DNA of 64,000 nucleotides. Origin: an uncultured Dehalococcoidaceae bacterium. Its GTDB lineage: Bacteria; Chloroflexota; Dehalococcoidia; Dehalococcoidales; RBG-16-60-22. The notes beneath the pieces are model-generated. The model saw only the letters and a list, made by a program, of their open reading frames with translations, did no database searches and had not been told where the DNA came from. Shown here piece after piece: positions 1 to 7,988 of this stretch (within the stretch, counting starts at the first letter, position 1; each line of letters begins with the position of its first letter). The translations under genes and the position numbers were made by a program. Location of the stretch: NCBI GenBank assembly GCA_964595455.1, contig CAZQQL010000003.1, forward strand, positions 211 through 64,210, read 5' to 3'.

Positions 1-1412
1 TGGCAGTACTGCCTCAGTTCGTGGTCGGTGACGACCTGCCCCGGTACCGGCCGGACCAGCGCCCGGAGGGTTTCACCGCGGATGAGATCGAGTACGCCCA
101 TGACCTTTGCTTCGATAACGGAAGGGTGGCTTTCCAGGACTTTCTCGATGTCCGCCGGGATGATGTTTTGCCCCTTCAGGATGACCAGGCGGCGCTTGCG
201 GGCCGTGATGAACAGGAACCCGTTTTCATCTACATATCCCATGTCCCCGGTGTGGAGCCATCCGTTTCTTAAGGCCCGGGCGGTGGCTTCCGGCTTCTGC
301 CAGAAACAGGTCATGACGGGGCCGCGCAGGACGATTTCACCGGACTTACCCGCCGGCATCTCGTTATCGTCGTCATCGAATATCTTCAATTCCCAGCAGG
401 ACATCGGTTTACCGGACGAGCCGATAGGGCCGGAGCCATCCAGCGGCATGACCGTGGCCTGGCAGATTGACTCTGTCTGCCCGTACATGTCCAGGATGGT
501 CCGCCTGAAATACCGCTGGTACAGCCGGATGACGGCGGGCTCCAGCGGCGCGCCGGCGCTGGCGATGAACCGCAGCGATCTGAGGTCGTACTTGATGCCT
601 TCCCGCCGGGCGACGTTCACCATCAGCGAATAGATGTAAGGCACGCCCATGTAGATGGTGCCTTTGTATTCCTCCACAGCCTTCATGAAGGTGTCCACGG
701 AACGGCCGGTGCCAGGCACCGAGACGAGTGTGTTGCCGGTAGCGATAGACGCCAGCAGGACGGCGGTCAGCCCGAACTGGTGATAGGTGGGCAGGGCATA
801 CTGGATGAAGACATCGTCCTCGGTCTGGCCGATGGTCTCGGCGGAACACCTGGCTTCCTCGCAGACGGGGCCGTGGGAAAGGCAGACGCCGTGCGGGTGG
901 ATGGTGGGGCCGCCGGTGTACGAGATGATGCAGATATCGGCGGGGTCGATGGCGGTGTCCGGATTGGTTGACGGATTATCGGCGAGGATGTCCTGGTAGG
1001 TAATCGAGCGGACGGTCTCATCCGGCTCGAAGGTGATGATGTGCTCGACGGACGGGAACCTTTCCAAACAGGGGAGGATGGCTTCGGACTGGGGTTTCTC
1101 GATGGCCAGGACGCGCGGCATACAGTCCGCGAACAGATTGGCGAGTTCGTCCGGCACGTAGCGGGAATCGAGCGGCACCGCGATGCACCCGGCTTTGAGG
1201 ATGCCGAAGAACATGGCCGCGAACTCCGGATTGGACCCCTGCATGGTGGCCACGCGGTCGCCCTTTTTCAGTCCCAGCTTGAGGAGAGCGTGGGCTATTC
1301 GATTGGCGTCTTCGTTGAGCTGGCGGAAAGAGACGCTCTGTTCACCCATGAGGATGGCGGTCTTGTCTCCGAAGCGTCTCGCGGACTCTTCAAGTACTGA
1401 TTTGAGGTCCAT
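1..1412 (-). CDS. AMP-dependent acyl-CoA synthetase/ligase (C-terminal end runs off the left window edge)
   Basis: Absent from the ORF track because the frame stays open to position 1. My translation from ATG 1412-1410: MDLKSVLEESARRFGDKTAILMGEQSVSFRQLNEDANRIAHALLKLGLKKGDRVATMQGSNPEF..., later ...MPAGKSGEIVLRGPVMTCFWQKPEATARALRNGWLHTGDM... These are typical adenylate-forming enzyme blocks. Confidence 0.85.
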   Translation of the reverse strand, partial: MDLKSVLEESARRFGDKTAILMGEQSVSFRQLNEDANRIAHALLKLGLKKGDRVATMQGSNPEFAAMFFGILKAGCIAVPLDSRYVPDELANLFADCMPRVLAIEKPQSEAILPCLERFPSVEHIITFEPDETVRSITYQDILADNPSTNPDTAIDPADICIISYTGGPTIHPHGVCLSHGPVCEEARCSAETIGQTEDDVFIQYALPTYHQFGLTAVLLASIATGNTLVSVPGTGRSVDTFMKAVEEYKGTIYMGVPYIYSLMVNVARREGIKYDLRSLRFIASAGAPLEPAVIRLYQRYFRRTILDMYGQTESICQATVMPLDGSGPIGSSGKPMSCWELKIFDDDDNEMPAGKSGEIVLRGPVMTCFWQKPEATARALRNGWLHTGDMGYVDENGFLFITARKRRLVILKGQNIIPADIEKVLESHPSVIEAKVMGVLDLIRGETLRALVRPVPGQVVTDHELRQYC

Positions 1413-1511
1413 GCTAACTCCTGCCGTGGTGGGTTCGTCCGCGATGACGGGCGCGCCAGTATATAGTCTTATATCTTTCAGCGTAAAAAGGAAAATGATA
1501 TGTCCAGTATA

Positions 1512-2543
1512 TCAGACGCGCTTGCGTTTTGAAAAGTTCGGCGGGCGCTCGGCGGGACGGGAGGAATGCCTGCTTTGAGGCTTATGGTCTGTCGTTCTGG
1601 CAGGGCTAACGCCGGGTTTGACGTTTCTTCTCGGTCCTGGTCGTGGATTCGGTGTCGCCAGAGAATAAGGCGGGCGGTTTGCGGGTTTTCCCGGTGTGCG
1701 TGCCGCCGGTTTGCGGGCGGGTTTGCCGAACGGGTGGTATGGGACTTTCGAAGCCGGGGTCACGGCGGGCCTGGCCGCCGGTTTGGCCTGAGCTTTTCCT
1801 GTCTTCTTATCGGACGGGGCCCGGGCGGACCGCGTCAGTTCCTTGAGTTCGCGCCCGGTCAGGGGCCGGACCTCACCCTCTTCCAGTTCCCCGATGCGCA
1901 GCGTGCCGATCCGCGCCCGCTTGAGCGCCTTGACCGGATGGGTGATGTGCTCGAACATCCGGCGGACCTGCCGCTTCTTGCCTTCATGGATGATGATGCG
2001 GTAGTTGTAGTCGCCGCTGATGAGCCGTTTCACCACCGCCGGGGCGGTCATACCGTCTTCCAGCAGTATCCCGCGTTCCAGTCGCTGTAATTCGTCGTGG
2101 TTCAGCTTCTCATCCACCTGGACGAGGTATTCCTTCTCCTGCTCGAACTTCGGGTGCGTCAGCCGGTAGGTGAGATCGCCGTCATTGGTCAGCAGCAGGA
2201 GGCCGGTGGTATCGATGTCCAGCCGTCCCACCGGGAACAGGCGGTATTTCCTGTATTTGGCAGGCAGGAGGTCCAGCACCGTGGGACGGCCTTTTTCATC
2301 CGCGGCGGTGGAAACGACCCCCTCCGGCTTGTTGATCATGAGGCAGACGATCTGCTCCGCCTTGAGGTTGAGCCGCTGGCCGTTCAGGTAGACCTTGTCC
2401 CGCGCCGGGTCCACCGGCTGGTTGAAGGACTCCGCCATGACGCCGTTCACTTCGACTTTTCCCTGCTTTATGGCGTCCGCCATCCGCCGCCGCGAGCCGA
2501 TCCCGGCATCGGTAAGCGCTTTGATGAGTGGTATGGTAGGCAT
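1512..2543 (-). CDS. rluB: Pseudouridine synthase, RsuA/RluB family (S4 domain plus basic Pro/Lys/Arg-rich C-terminal tail)
   Basis: 343-aa ORF with an S4-like N-terminus (RRRMADAIKQGKVEVNG), catalytic-loop block FPVGRLDIDTTGLLLLTNDG, and IIIHEGKKRQVRRMF. Confidence 0.9.
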   Translation of the reverse strand: MPTIPLIKALTDAGIGSRRRMADAIKQGKVEVNGVMAESFNQPVDPARDKVYLNGQRLNLKAEQIVCLMINKPEGVVSTAADEKGRPTVLDLLPAKYRKYRLFPVGRLDIDTTGLLLLTNDGDLTYRLTHPKFEQEKEYLVQVDEKLNHDELQRLERGILLEDGMTAPAVVKRLISGDYNYRIIIHEGKKRQVRRMFEHITHPVKALKRARIGTLRIGELEEGEVRPLTGRELKELTRSARAPSDKKTGKAQAKPAARPAVTPASKVPYHPFGKPARKPAARTPGKPANRPPYSLATPNPRPGPRRNVKPGVSPARTTDHKPQSRHSSRPAERPPNFSKRKRV

Positions 2544-2684
2544 ACATCAAGTATACAGGGTACAGCGTAAAAGTAAAAAGCCGGAGACTATATCAAATAC
2601 ACGGATGGAAAACTGAAACCAACTCGGGCGTAGTTTTCACGTACAAGGCGGTATCTATGGCCCTCTGCAAATACGCCGCGTCTA

Positions 2685-2708
2685 CATCCCGTTAAAAAAC
2701 GGGATCCA
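2685..2708. repeat. Palindromic hairpin repeat CATCCCGTTRAAAAACGGGATCCA (copy 1 of 2)
   Basis: 23 of 24 nt identical to 10271-10294. The stem is ATCCCGTT / AACGGGAT. Intergenic. Confidence 0.8.
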
Positions 2709-2966
2709 GGTACAACCGGCGAAAAGTATTCTGGGTTCACCGATCACCAAAATGTAGGGTGGTTAAATCCCGTTTTCCCCATTTTACCCACCAATTATCC
2801 AGTCATGAGCCTACGTCCTGTAAGGGACCGTCTGCAAAAACCCCCGAAATAATCTCAGAACCTTCACGGCCATAGTTCGTAAGGCGGACTAAGAGTCCGC
2901 CGAAAATAGTAAACCCAAAAAGAAAATCCGCCAACCAGCCATTTTCAACCGTGCACCCGCTTTTTC

Positions 2967-3009
2967 TTTTTGACTTGTACTTTTGACCTTTGACTTCTGA
3001 ATTTTGACT
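2967..3009. repeat. Tandem heptamer array YTTTGAC (about 6 units)
   Basis: TTTTGAC TTGTAC TTTTGAC CTTTGAC TTCTGAA TTTTGAC. A second array is at 36172-36200 and a related inverted fragment at about 19718-19738. Confidence 0.6.
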
Positions 3010-3034
3010 TCCCCAAAAAAGTGACAAAACACCC

Positions 3035-3064
3035 TTGACAATATAAGAACATGTGTACTATTAT
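3035..3064 (+). promoter_or_regulatory. Near-consensus sigma70-type promoter
   Basis: TTGACA at 3035-3040, 18-nt spacer, TATTAT at 3059-3064 (alternatively TACTAT at 3056-3061 with a 15-nt spacer). No plus-strand CDS lies downstream. Confidence 0.5.
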
Positions 3065-3067
3065 TCA

Positions 3068-3530
3068 ATCACTGAAGGATATCCCGACCTCCTTCCGCCA
3101 CCGTCTGAAGCTGGATTTCGGGTCCGTGATACGGGGTTCCGCTCCGGCAGAGACCGAGTACAACGGGTGGAAAGCGCCTGTCCCGTTATCCCGGCTGACC
3201 GTAGGGAACGGGATCGCGTTTATCCGGGACCTCCGCCATGTAAGACGGAACGCCGGATAACGGAATGTACGGTGAGGACCGCTTTATGCGTGGGTCTTCT
3301 CCGGTGGCGATAAGGAACGGCGATGGTCCTTGGGACCTTAACAACTGAATAGAGAAACACCGCAGCTTCGGGGAAGACCTTAAGAAGAACAGAAGGAGAC
3401 TTTGTGCCAAAAACAGACCCTCCTGGCACGAAGACCTGTTCCGGCCATGAAAAATGTGCAGTTGTCATCCTGATGTCCCGACGTGTCGGTACGAAGGATT
3501 ATAGGGCAGAGCGGACCCTATGTTTGTGAG
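3068..3530 (+). ncRNA. Candidate large structured ncRNA, family unassigned
   Basis: ORF-free region downstream of the promoter with nested long-range complementarity. CGCCACCG 3096-3103 pairs with CGGTGGCG 3302-3309. CCGTTATCC(C)GGC 3183-3195 pairs with GCCGGATAACGG 3252-3263. GTGCCA 3404-3409 pairs with TGGCAC 3424-3429, enclosed by GAACAG 3387-3392 / CTGTTC 3436-3441. The ends are approximate. Confidence 0.4.
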
Positions 3531-3537
3531 TTATTCC

Positions 3538-4518
3538 TCAACCCTCGATCCCCCACAATGCCCGCCTTAAAGCCCGGTGGAAGTCCCCGGTGAAACGCTT
3601 GGAAATGTCTGCCTGCGGCGCCATCATATCGAAGGCGTGCGGCCCGCCGGGATACACATGCAGCTCCGTGGAAACACCCGCGTGGATGAGGCGCCTCGCG
3701 TACTCAACGTTCTCTTCCGAAAAGAGGTCCAGGTCGCCCACGGCGATGTACGCCGGCGGCAGCCCCGCCAGCGATTCCGCCCTTGAGGCCGCCGCGTAGC
3801 AGGAAACGCCCTCGCCGGCGGGGTCGCAACCAAGATAGCAGCGCCAGCCAACCAGGTTGCTGTTCCTTGTCCAGAACAGGGTGTCCGGTACGGTCTCACT
3901 GGCCGGTTCCGTGGTGCGGTCGTCGATCATCGGGTAGATGAGGAACTGGTGCAGAACATCCACCTCGCCGCGATCGCGGGCCAGCAGGGCCAGGCCAGCG
4001 GCCAGGCCGCCCCCCGCACTCCCCCCGCCGATGGCTATCCGCGCGCCGTCAGCGCCCAACTCGCGGGCGTTCTTCGCCAGCCACTTGAGGGCGGCATAGC
4101 AGTCCTCCACCGGGGCCGGGAACGGGTTCTCAGGAGCCAGACGGTAATCGACGGCCACGGTCAGGCAGTTCACAGTAAGCGTTAACTGGCGGGTCGGGTT
4201 ATCGTCCTGCTCCAGGTCGCCCATGATGTACCCGCCGCCGTGTATCCAGAGCAGCGCCGGCAGGACTCCGGTACTCTTCTCCGGGCGATAGATCCTCACC
4301 GGTACCTGAGGAGCGCCTTCCGGGCCCGGTACGCTGCGGTCTTCCACCTTCACGCCGGGAATGATCGGTATCATCCCCTTCGTCGCGGCGGCCATTCGCT
4401 TGGCGCCTTCTCTCGACTTCGGAATATCGTCGAAGTTGATGCCCATCGGCATGTTCAGCATGTTCGTGATCGGGCCTTTGAGTTCCGGGTCGAGCCGTGC
4501 CAGCAAACTCTCGTTCAT
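3538..4518 (-). CDS. Alpha/beta hydrolase, hormone-sensitive-lipase-type esterase
   Basis: 326 aa with oxyanion motif WIHGGGY, nucleophile elbow GGSAGG, and a C-terminal HAF block. Confidence 0.85.
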   Translation of the reverse strand: MNESLLARLDPELKGPITNMLNMPMGINFDDIPKSREGAKRMAAATKGMIPIIPGVKVEDRSVPGPEGAPQVPVRIYRPEKSTGVLPALLWIHGGGYIMGDLEQDDNPTRQLTLTVNCLTVAVDYRLAPENPFPAPVEDCYAALKWLAKNARELGADGARIAIGGGSAGGGLAAGLALLARDRGEVDVLHQFLIYPMIDDRTTEPASETVPDTLFWTRNSNLVGWRCYLGCDPAGEGVSCYAAASRAESLAGLPPAYIAVGDLDLFSEENVEYARRLIHAGVSTELHVYPGGPHAFDMMAPQADISKRFTGDFHRALRRALWGIEG

Positions 4519-4892
4519 GAATCTGTCTCTCCTGATTTCTTTGTGTTCGATACTTCGTCAATTCTGAATTGGGTTATCTTCTCGATAAGCTCGTATGGAA
4601 TGGGCTTGTCCAGGGGGAACTGGACGGCCCCCTTGGACGTCTGAAAAGAAGACAGTTCCGCTTGAAAAGCCGTTATGCCGGACGGGTCCGGGTAAAACCC
4701 TATATGGTGCGGAAAAGCTGCGAAATGTACCAGGTTCTTGCCCTTAGCCTTGAAGGTCGGCATGCCGTAGCTGATGGTCTCGGCAGCTCCGGGCGCCGTC
4801 TGCTTGATGACCGCGCGCACTTTCTCGAGGATGCCTCTCACATCCTCCGGCTGCTGTGCGATGTATTCATCGATGGTTGTAAAATCTATCAT
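4515..4892 (-). CDS. DUF1801 (YdhG-like) domain protein
   Basis: 125 aa. The blocks ISYGMPTFKAKGKNLVHFAAFPHHIGFYP are typical of the family. ATGA overlap with the esterase gene. Confidence 0.7.
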   Translation of the reverse strand: MIDFTTIDEYIAQQPEDVRGILEKVRAVIKQTAPGAAETISYGMPTFKAKGKNLVHFAAFPHHIGFYPDPSGITAFQAELSSFQTSKGAVQFPLDKPIPYELIEKITQFRIDEVSNTKKSGETDS

Positions 4893-4907
4893 TAGACCAT
4901 TCGTAAC

Positions 4908-6419
4908 TTAAAAGAGGGTAAGAGCTAACTGCTCTTTATTTTTTAAACGCTCGGCCGCATAGTGCACATACTGTTCCGTAAGGTTTAATTCTTTGCTTAG
5001 TTCATGTAGACTAAGTCTCTTCAGTAAGTCTAAAGTAATTGGACGTTTGTCTGACCAAAATATCATCGATTCATAATACTCACGAGCAGGTTCTGAGTTA
5101 AGTAAGTCTGCGACAAATTCAGCCTCTTCAACGGAATTACAGGGGATAAAGTACACTGTATCGTCAACAAAAACTGGTTTATTCTCGAAGGGTTCAATTA
5201 CCTTAAAACCGAGCTTCTTATAAAACCCTGAAATCGCTACCTTCCAAGGAGCAAATGAGTATGGACCAACACCGAAAATCGAGTATTTCGGTTTATTTTT
5301 GTATATTGAACTTGAGCGTTTACTAAAGGCTTCTTTATGAGCTTCAAGATAGTTCCAAGTTGCCTGAGCATTATTCTTGATTCTTTCAGTATCTTGTCCA
5401 ATATATTCCTGGGTCACTATCACGAATTTACTACCGTACCGAGGTTTACCGTTGCTAATATCCGAGCTTTTTAATAGAGGATAAAGATAGGTTTCTTCAA
5501 GGGAAACCACTTCATTCAGAGTGTTTTTGTATTCGTTTCCCATACGCTCGAGTTCCATTATTTTCGAGCAGTCATGCTTAATGCCAGATCGCCATTGATA
5601 GACGTTATTCGGGTTAAATAAGTGTTGCCATTTGGTGTATTTAGTGTTGTCTGAGATCAGTAAGCCGTTCTTGCAGGTAATGATACTAATTGGGTTTATG
5701 GAATCCAAACTAGTATATACGTTACATTCATATGACGTGATATTTGGCTGAAAGTGAGTAATAAAGAAGCAAGCTTCTACTGACACGTCGAAATACCGTT
5801 TTGCGTCAAATAGGTAGATGTTGGATCCACTCAATGAGATTCCGTTTTTATGGGCATATAACAATACCTTTTTTGCGACTGAAAACTTGCAGAGTATTGC
5901 TATGGCTCCACGTTTATTTTTCATCCAATCCAGATATTTGATTAGCATCCACTCTGAAATGTCAAAATTACTTTTACCAGTAATGGCGTCATAACCTTTT
6001 TGTTTTTGAAAATTGCTTTTCTGCGGTAGATTATTGCTTTGTATCGTTCCTAGATTAGAACTCGTCACCCACGGTGGGTTTCCCGTGATCAATACGGGTT
6101 CTTCGATGTCGTTTATGATCCCCGCCCAGTCTAGTTCAAAAAAGTTCCCTTGCATTAGTTCAGTTCTTTGCTCTAAACTCATTTGATTGATTGAAGATTG
6201 TAATGCAACTAGATACTGGGTAGAAATATCCATTCCAAGTAAATGAGCTTCCGGGAACAAAGCGGCTGCTGCGAGTAGAAATGAGCCTTTACCACAAGTG
6301 GGTTCAATTATACAAGCAGGTCTGAAATTGGTTGCCTCTAAGACACTCAAAGCGGTGGTCGCTAACTTATAAGGGGTTTGAAAATCCCCATACTCTTTGT
6401 GTTTGTATTTGTTTTTCAC
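4908..6419 (-). CDS. N6-adenine DNA methyltransferase, gamma-class (TaqI/Eco57I-like) with C-terminal target-recognition region
   Basis: 503 aa. Motif order is GDFQTP (motif X), EPTCGKGSF (motif I, SAM binding), NPPW (motif IV). Strongly AT-rich codon usage compared with the neighbours. Confidence 0.85.
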   Translation of the reverse strand: MKNKYKHKEYGDFQTPYKLATTALSVLEATNFRPACIIEPTCGKGSFLLAAAALFPEAHLLGMDISTQYLVALQSSINQMSLEQRTELMQGNFFELDWAGIINDIEEPVLITGNPPWVTSSNLGTIQSNNLPQKSNFQKQKGYDAITGKSNFDISEWMLIKYLDWMKNKRGAIAILCKFSVAKKVLLYAHKNGISLSGSNIYLFDAKRYFDVSVEACFFITHFQPNITSYECNVYTSLDSINPISIITCKNGLLISDNTKYTKWQHLFNPNNVYQWRSGIKHDCSKIMELERMGNEYKNTLNEVVSLEETYLYPLLKSSDISNGKPRYGSKFVIVTQEYIGQDTERIKNNAQATWNYLEAHKEAFSKRSSSIYKNKPKYSIFGVGPYSFAPWKVAISGFYKKLGFKVIEPFENKPVFVDDTVYFIPCNSVEEAEFVADLLNSEPAREYYESMIFWSDKRPITLDLLKRLSLHELSKELNLTEQYVHYAAERLKNKEQLALTLF

Positions 6420-6423
6420 AGGA

Positions 6424-7122
6424 CTAATTCACTCTGACAATACCTTTGGTAGTATCAGCAAGTTTTATGACCCTACTATATTGTAGCCTCCATTGGAGTG
6501 CATTGGAGATGGTCAGGTAACCTAATTCAGGCGGCTCTATAATAAGTTCTTCTGCAATAGCTTGTCGCTCTATCTCATCACAGGGCAATAGTCTGTCTTC
6601 CATAAATGCCATCAGATCTTCAGAAGTTCCTTCATTCTGTAGAATTTGTAAGATGCCTGTTGTCGTCTGAAAATCAGCCGTTTTTTCCTTTTCAACGAAG
6701 ATCGTGTGCAGAATATTCAAGCAACCGGTTTGTTGAGTATGGTCATCGGATTTTTCATAAACAAATAATAAGAGCGAATAGCCTAAGCCGAATATCTTTT
6801 GTCTTGCGGATTTGAATGGGCAAGATGATTGAGGTTGTTTCATACTGGTGACCTTGATATCCACTTCAATATGAGGGATGTCAATTCCAAGCGCTGAATT
6901 CCCCGGTGGAAAATTGTATTTCTCCAATAGGTGAGCGGTGAATTTGTGCTCAAGGTATGTCCCAACAGCTTTACCATCTGTAACTCCATACAAAGCAGGT
7001 TCATTGTGGGTACTTTCTTTGATAGAGAATGCTTTGGCCTCTTTAAATAGGTTGGCTAAATCTAGAGTTTTCTTTTTCACTATAACACACACCGTCTTCA
7101 AATGATGCCTGCATTCTAACAC
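6424..7122 (-). CDS. Putative PD-(D/E)xK restriction endonuclease partner of the methyltransferase
   Basis: 232 aa, ending 4 nt upstream of the methyltransferase start, with the same AT-rich composition. Candidate catalytic block GIDIPHIEVDIKV (D...E/DxK). The start codon is uncertain. Function is inferred from context plus this motif. Confidence 0.55.
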   Translation of the reverse strand: MLECRHHLKTVCVIVKKKTLDLANLFKEAKAFSIKESTHNEPALYGVTDGKAVGTYLEHKFTAHLLEKYNFPPGNSALGIDIPHIEVDIKVTSMKQPQSSCPFKSARQKIFGLGYSLLLFVYEKSDDHTQQTGCLNILHTIFVEKEKTADFQTTTGILQILQNEGTSEDLMAFMEDRLLPCDEIERQAIAEELIIEPPELGYLTISNALQWRLQYSRVIKLADTTKGIVRVN

Positions 7123-7168
7123 TTCCCAACGCTACAATCCAAGTCTTCTGACGAGGGTCATACGGCTA

Positions 7169-7186
7169 TGGTATACTGTTTGTATG
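7169..7186 (+). promoter_or_regulatory. Extended -10 promoter giving an apparently leaderless rsfS mRNA
   Basis: TGGTATACT, with TATACT at 7172-7177. Only 6 nt separate it from ATG 7184, and there is no SD. Confidence 0.4.
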
Positions 7187-7552
7187 ACTGCGACGCAAGG
7201 AAAAACCCTGGAATCGTTCGATATCGCCAGAAAAGCCGTGGACGCCGCGTCTGATAAGCAGGCCTCCAACATCGTCCTCCTGGACGTTCGCGAAATCTGC
7301 AGTTTCACGGATTACTTCGTCATCGTGACCGGGGACAGTGAGCGACAGCTCCGCACCATCCTGGAAGAAACGAGAAAGGTCCTTAAGGAGGCCGGAATCA
7401 GGCCTCACCATGAAGAAGGCGAACCCGACTCTGGCTGGCTCCTGCTCGATTACGGCGATGTGGTCATTCATATCTTCGGCCGGGAAGAACGGGATTACTA
7501 CAACCTGGACGGACTCTGGAACGACGGCGTCCCGGTCATCCGGATGCAGTAA
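7184..7552 (+). CDS. rsfS: Ribosome silencing factor RsfS (iojap family)
   Basis: 122 aa with blocks NIVLLDVREICSFTDYFVIVTGDSERQ and WLLLDYGDVVIHIF. Confidence 0.9.
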   Translation: MTATQGKTLESFDIARKAVDAASDKQASNIVLLDVREICSFTDYFVIVTGDSERQLRTILEETRKVLKEAGIRPHHEEGEPDSGWLLLDYGDVVIHIFGREERDYYNLDGLWNDGVPVIRMQ

Positions 7553-7969
7553 TTACCCGAAGATCTCGTTTTTCTTGAAGTAGATCGCTATCTCGATCTC
7601 CGCATTCTCCGGCGAATCGGACGCGTGCGTCGAATTGCGTTGTACGTCCAGGCCGTAGTCCTTCCGTATCGTGCCGGGGTCCGCTTTTTCCGGGTTGGTC
7701 GCGCCCATGACCTTGCGGATGCGGGCGATGGCGTTCTCGCCCTGGAACACGGCCGCCACGATGGGCGTGGACGTGATATATTCGACCAGGTCCTTGAAGA
7801 ACGGCTTGTCCTTGTGAACGGCGTAGTGGCGCTCCGCCAGGGCTTTGTCCATGTGCAGCATGCGGAGGGCGGTGAGTTTGAGACCTTCCGCCTGGAGCCG
7901 TGCGAGGATGGCGCCTGCCAGGTCGCGCTCCATAGCATCCGGTTTGACGAGAACGAGTGACCTTTCCAT
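7553..7969 (-). CDS. ndk: Nucleoside diphosphate kinase
   Basis: 138 aa with blocks ERSLVLVKPDA, GTIRKDYG and NSTHASDS (active-site His). Confidence 0.95.
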   Translation of the reverse strand: MERSLVLVKPDAMERDLAGAILARLQAEGLKLTALRMLHMDKALAERHYAVHKDKPFFKDLVEYITSTPIVAAVFQGENAIARIRKVMGATNPEKADPGTIRKDYGLDVQRNSTHASDSPENAEIEIAIYFKKNEIFG

Positions 7970-7988
7970 TTATATCTCCTGTATCGTT

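Noticed and set aside
1512-1830. A ~100-aa Lys/Arg/Pro-rich tail on the pseudouridine synthase, considered as a possible gene fusion or frameshift
   Set aside because: Basic, low-complexity C-terminal tails are common in RluB-type enzymes. The frame is continuous with the catalytic domain.
2803-3027. 74-aa ORF (…KGQKYKSKRKS…), and similar short ORFs at 19668-19856, 22593-22775 and 10158-10421
   Set aside because: They are composed of the heptamer arrays and REP-like hairpin repeats. They have no SD and repeat-derived pseudo-peptide composition.
3051-3530. Assignment of the structured region to RNase P RNA, tmRNA, 6S RNA, a cobalamin/glmS/ydaO riboswitch, or a group II intron domain V
   Set aside because: None of the diagnostic strands I could recall are present on either strand: RNase P GGAAAGUCC and ACAGAA-CCGGCUUA, the tmRNA tRNA-like 3' end, or the B12 box. 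No downstream same-strand gene exists for a riboswitch. A covariance-model search is still needed.
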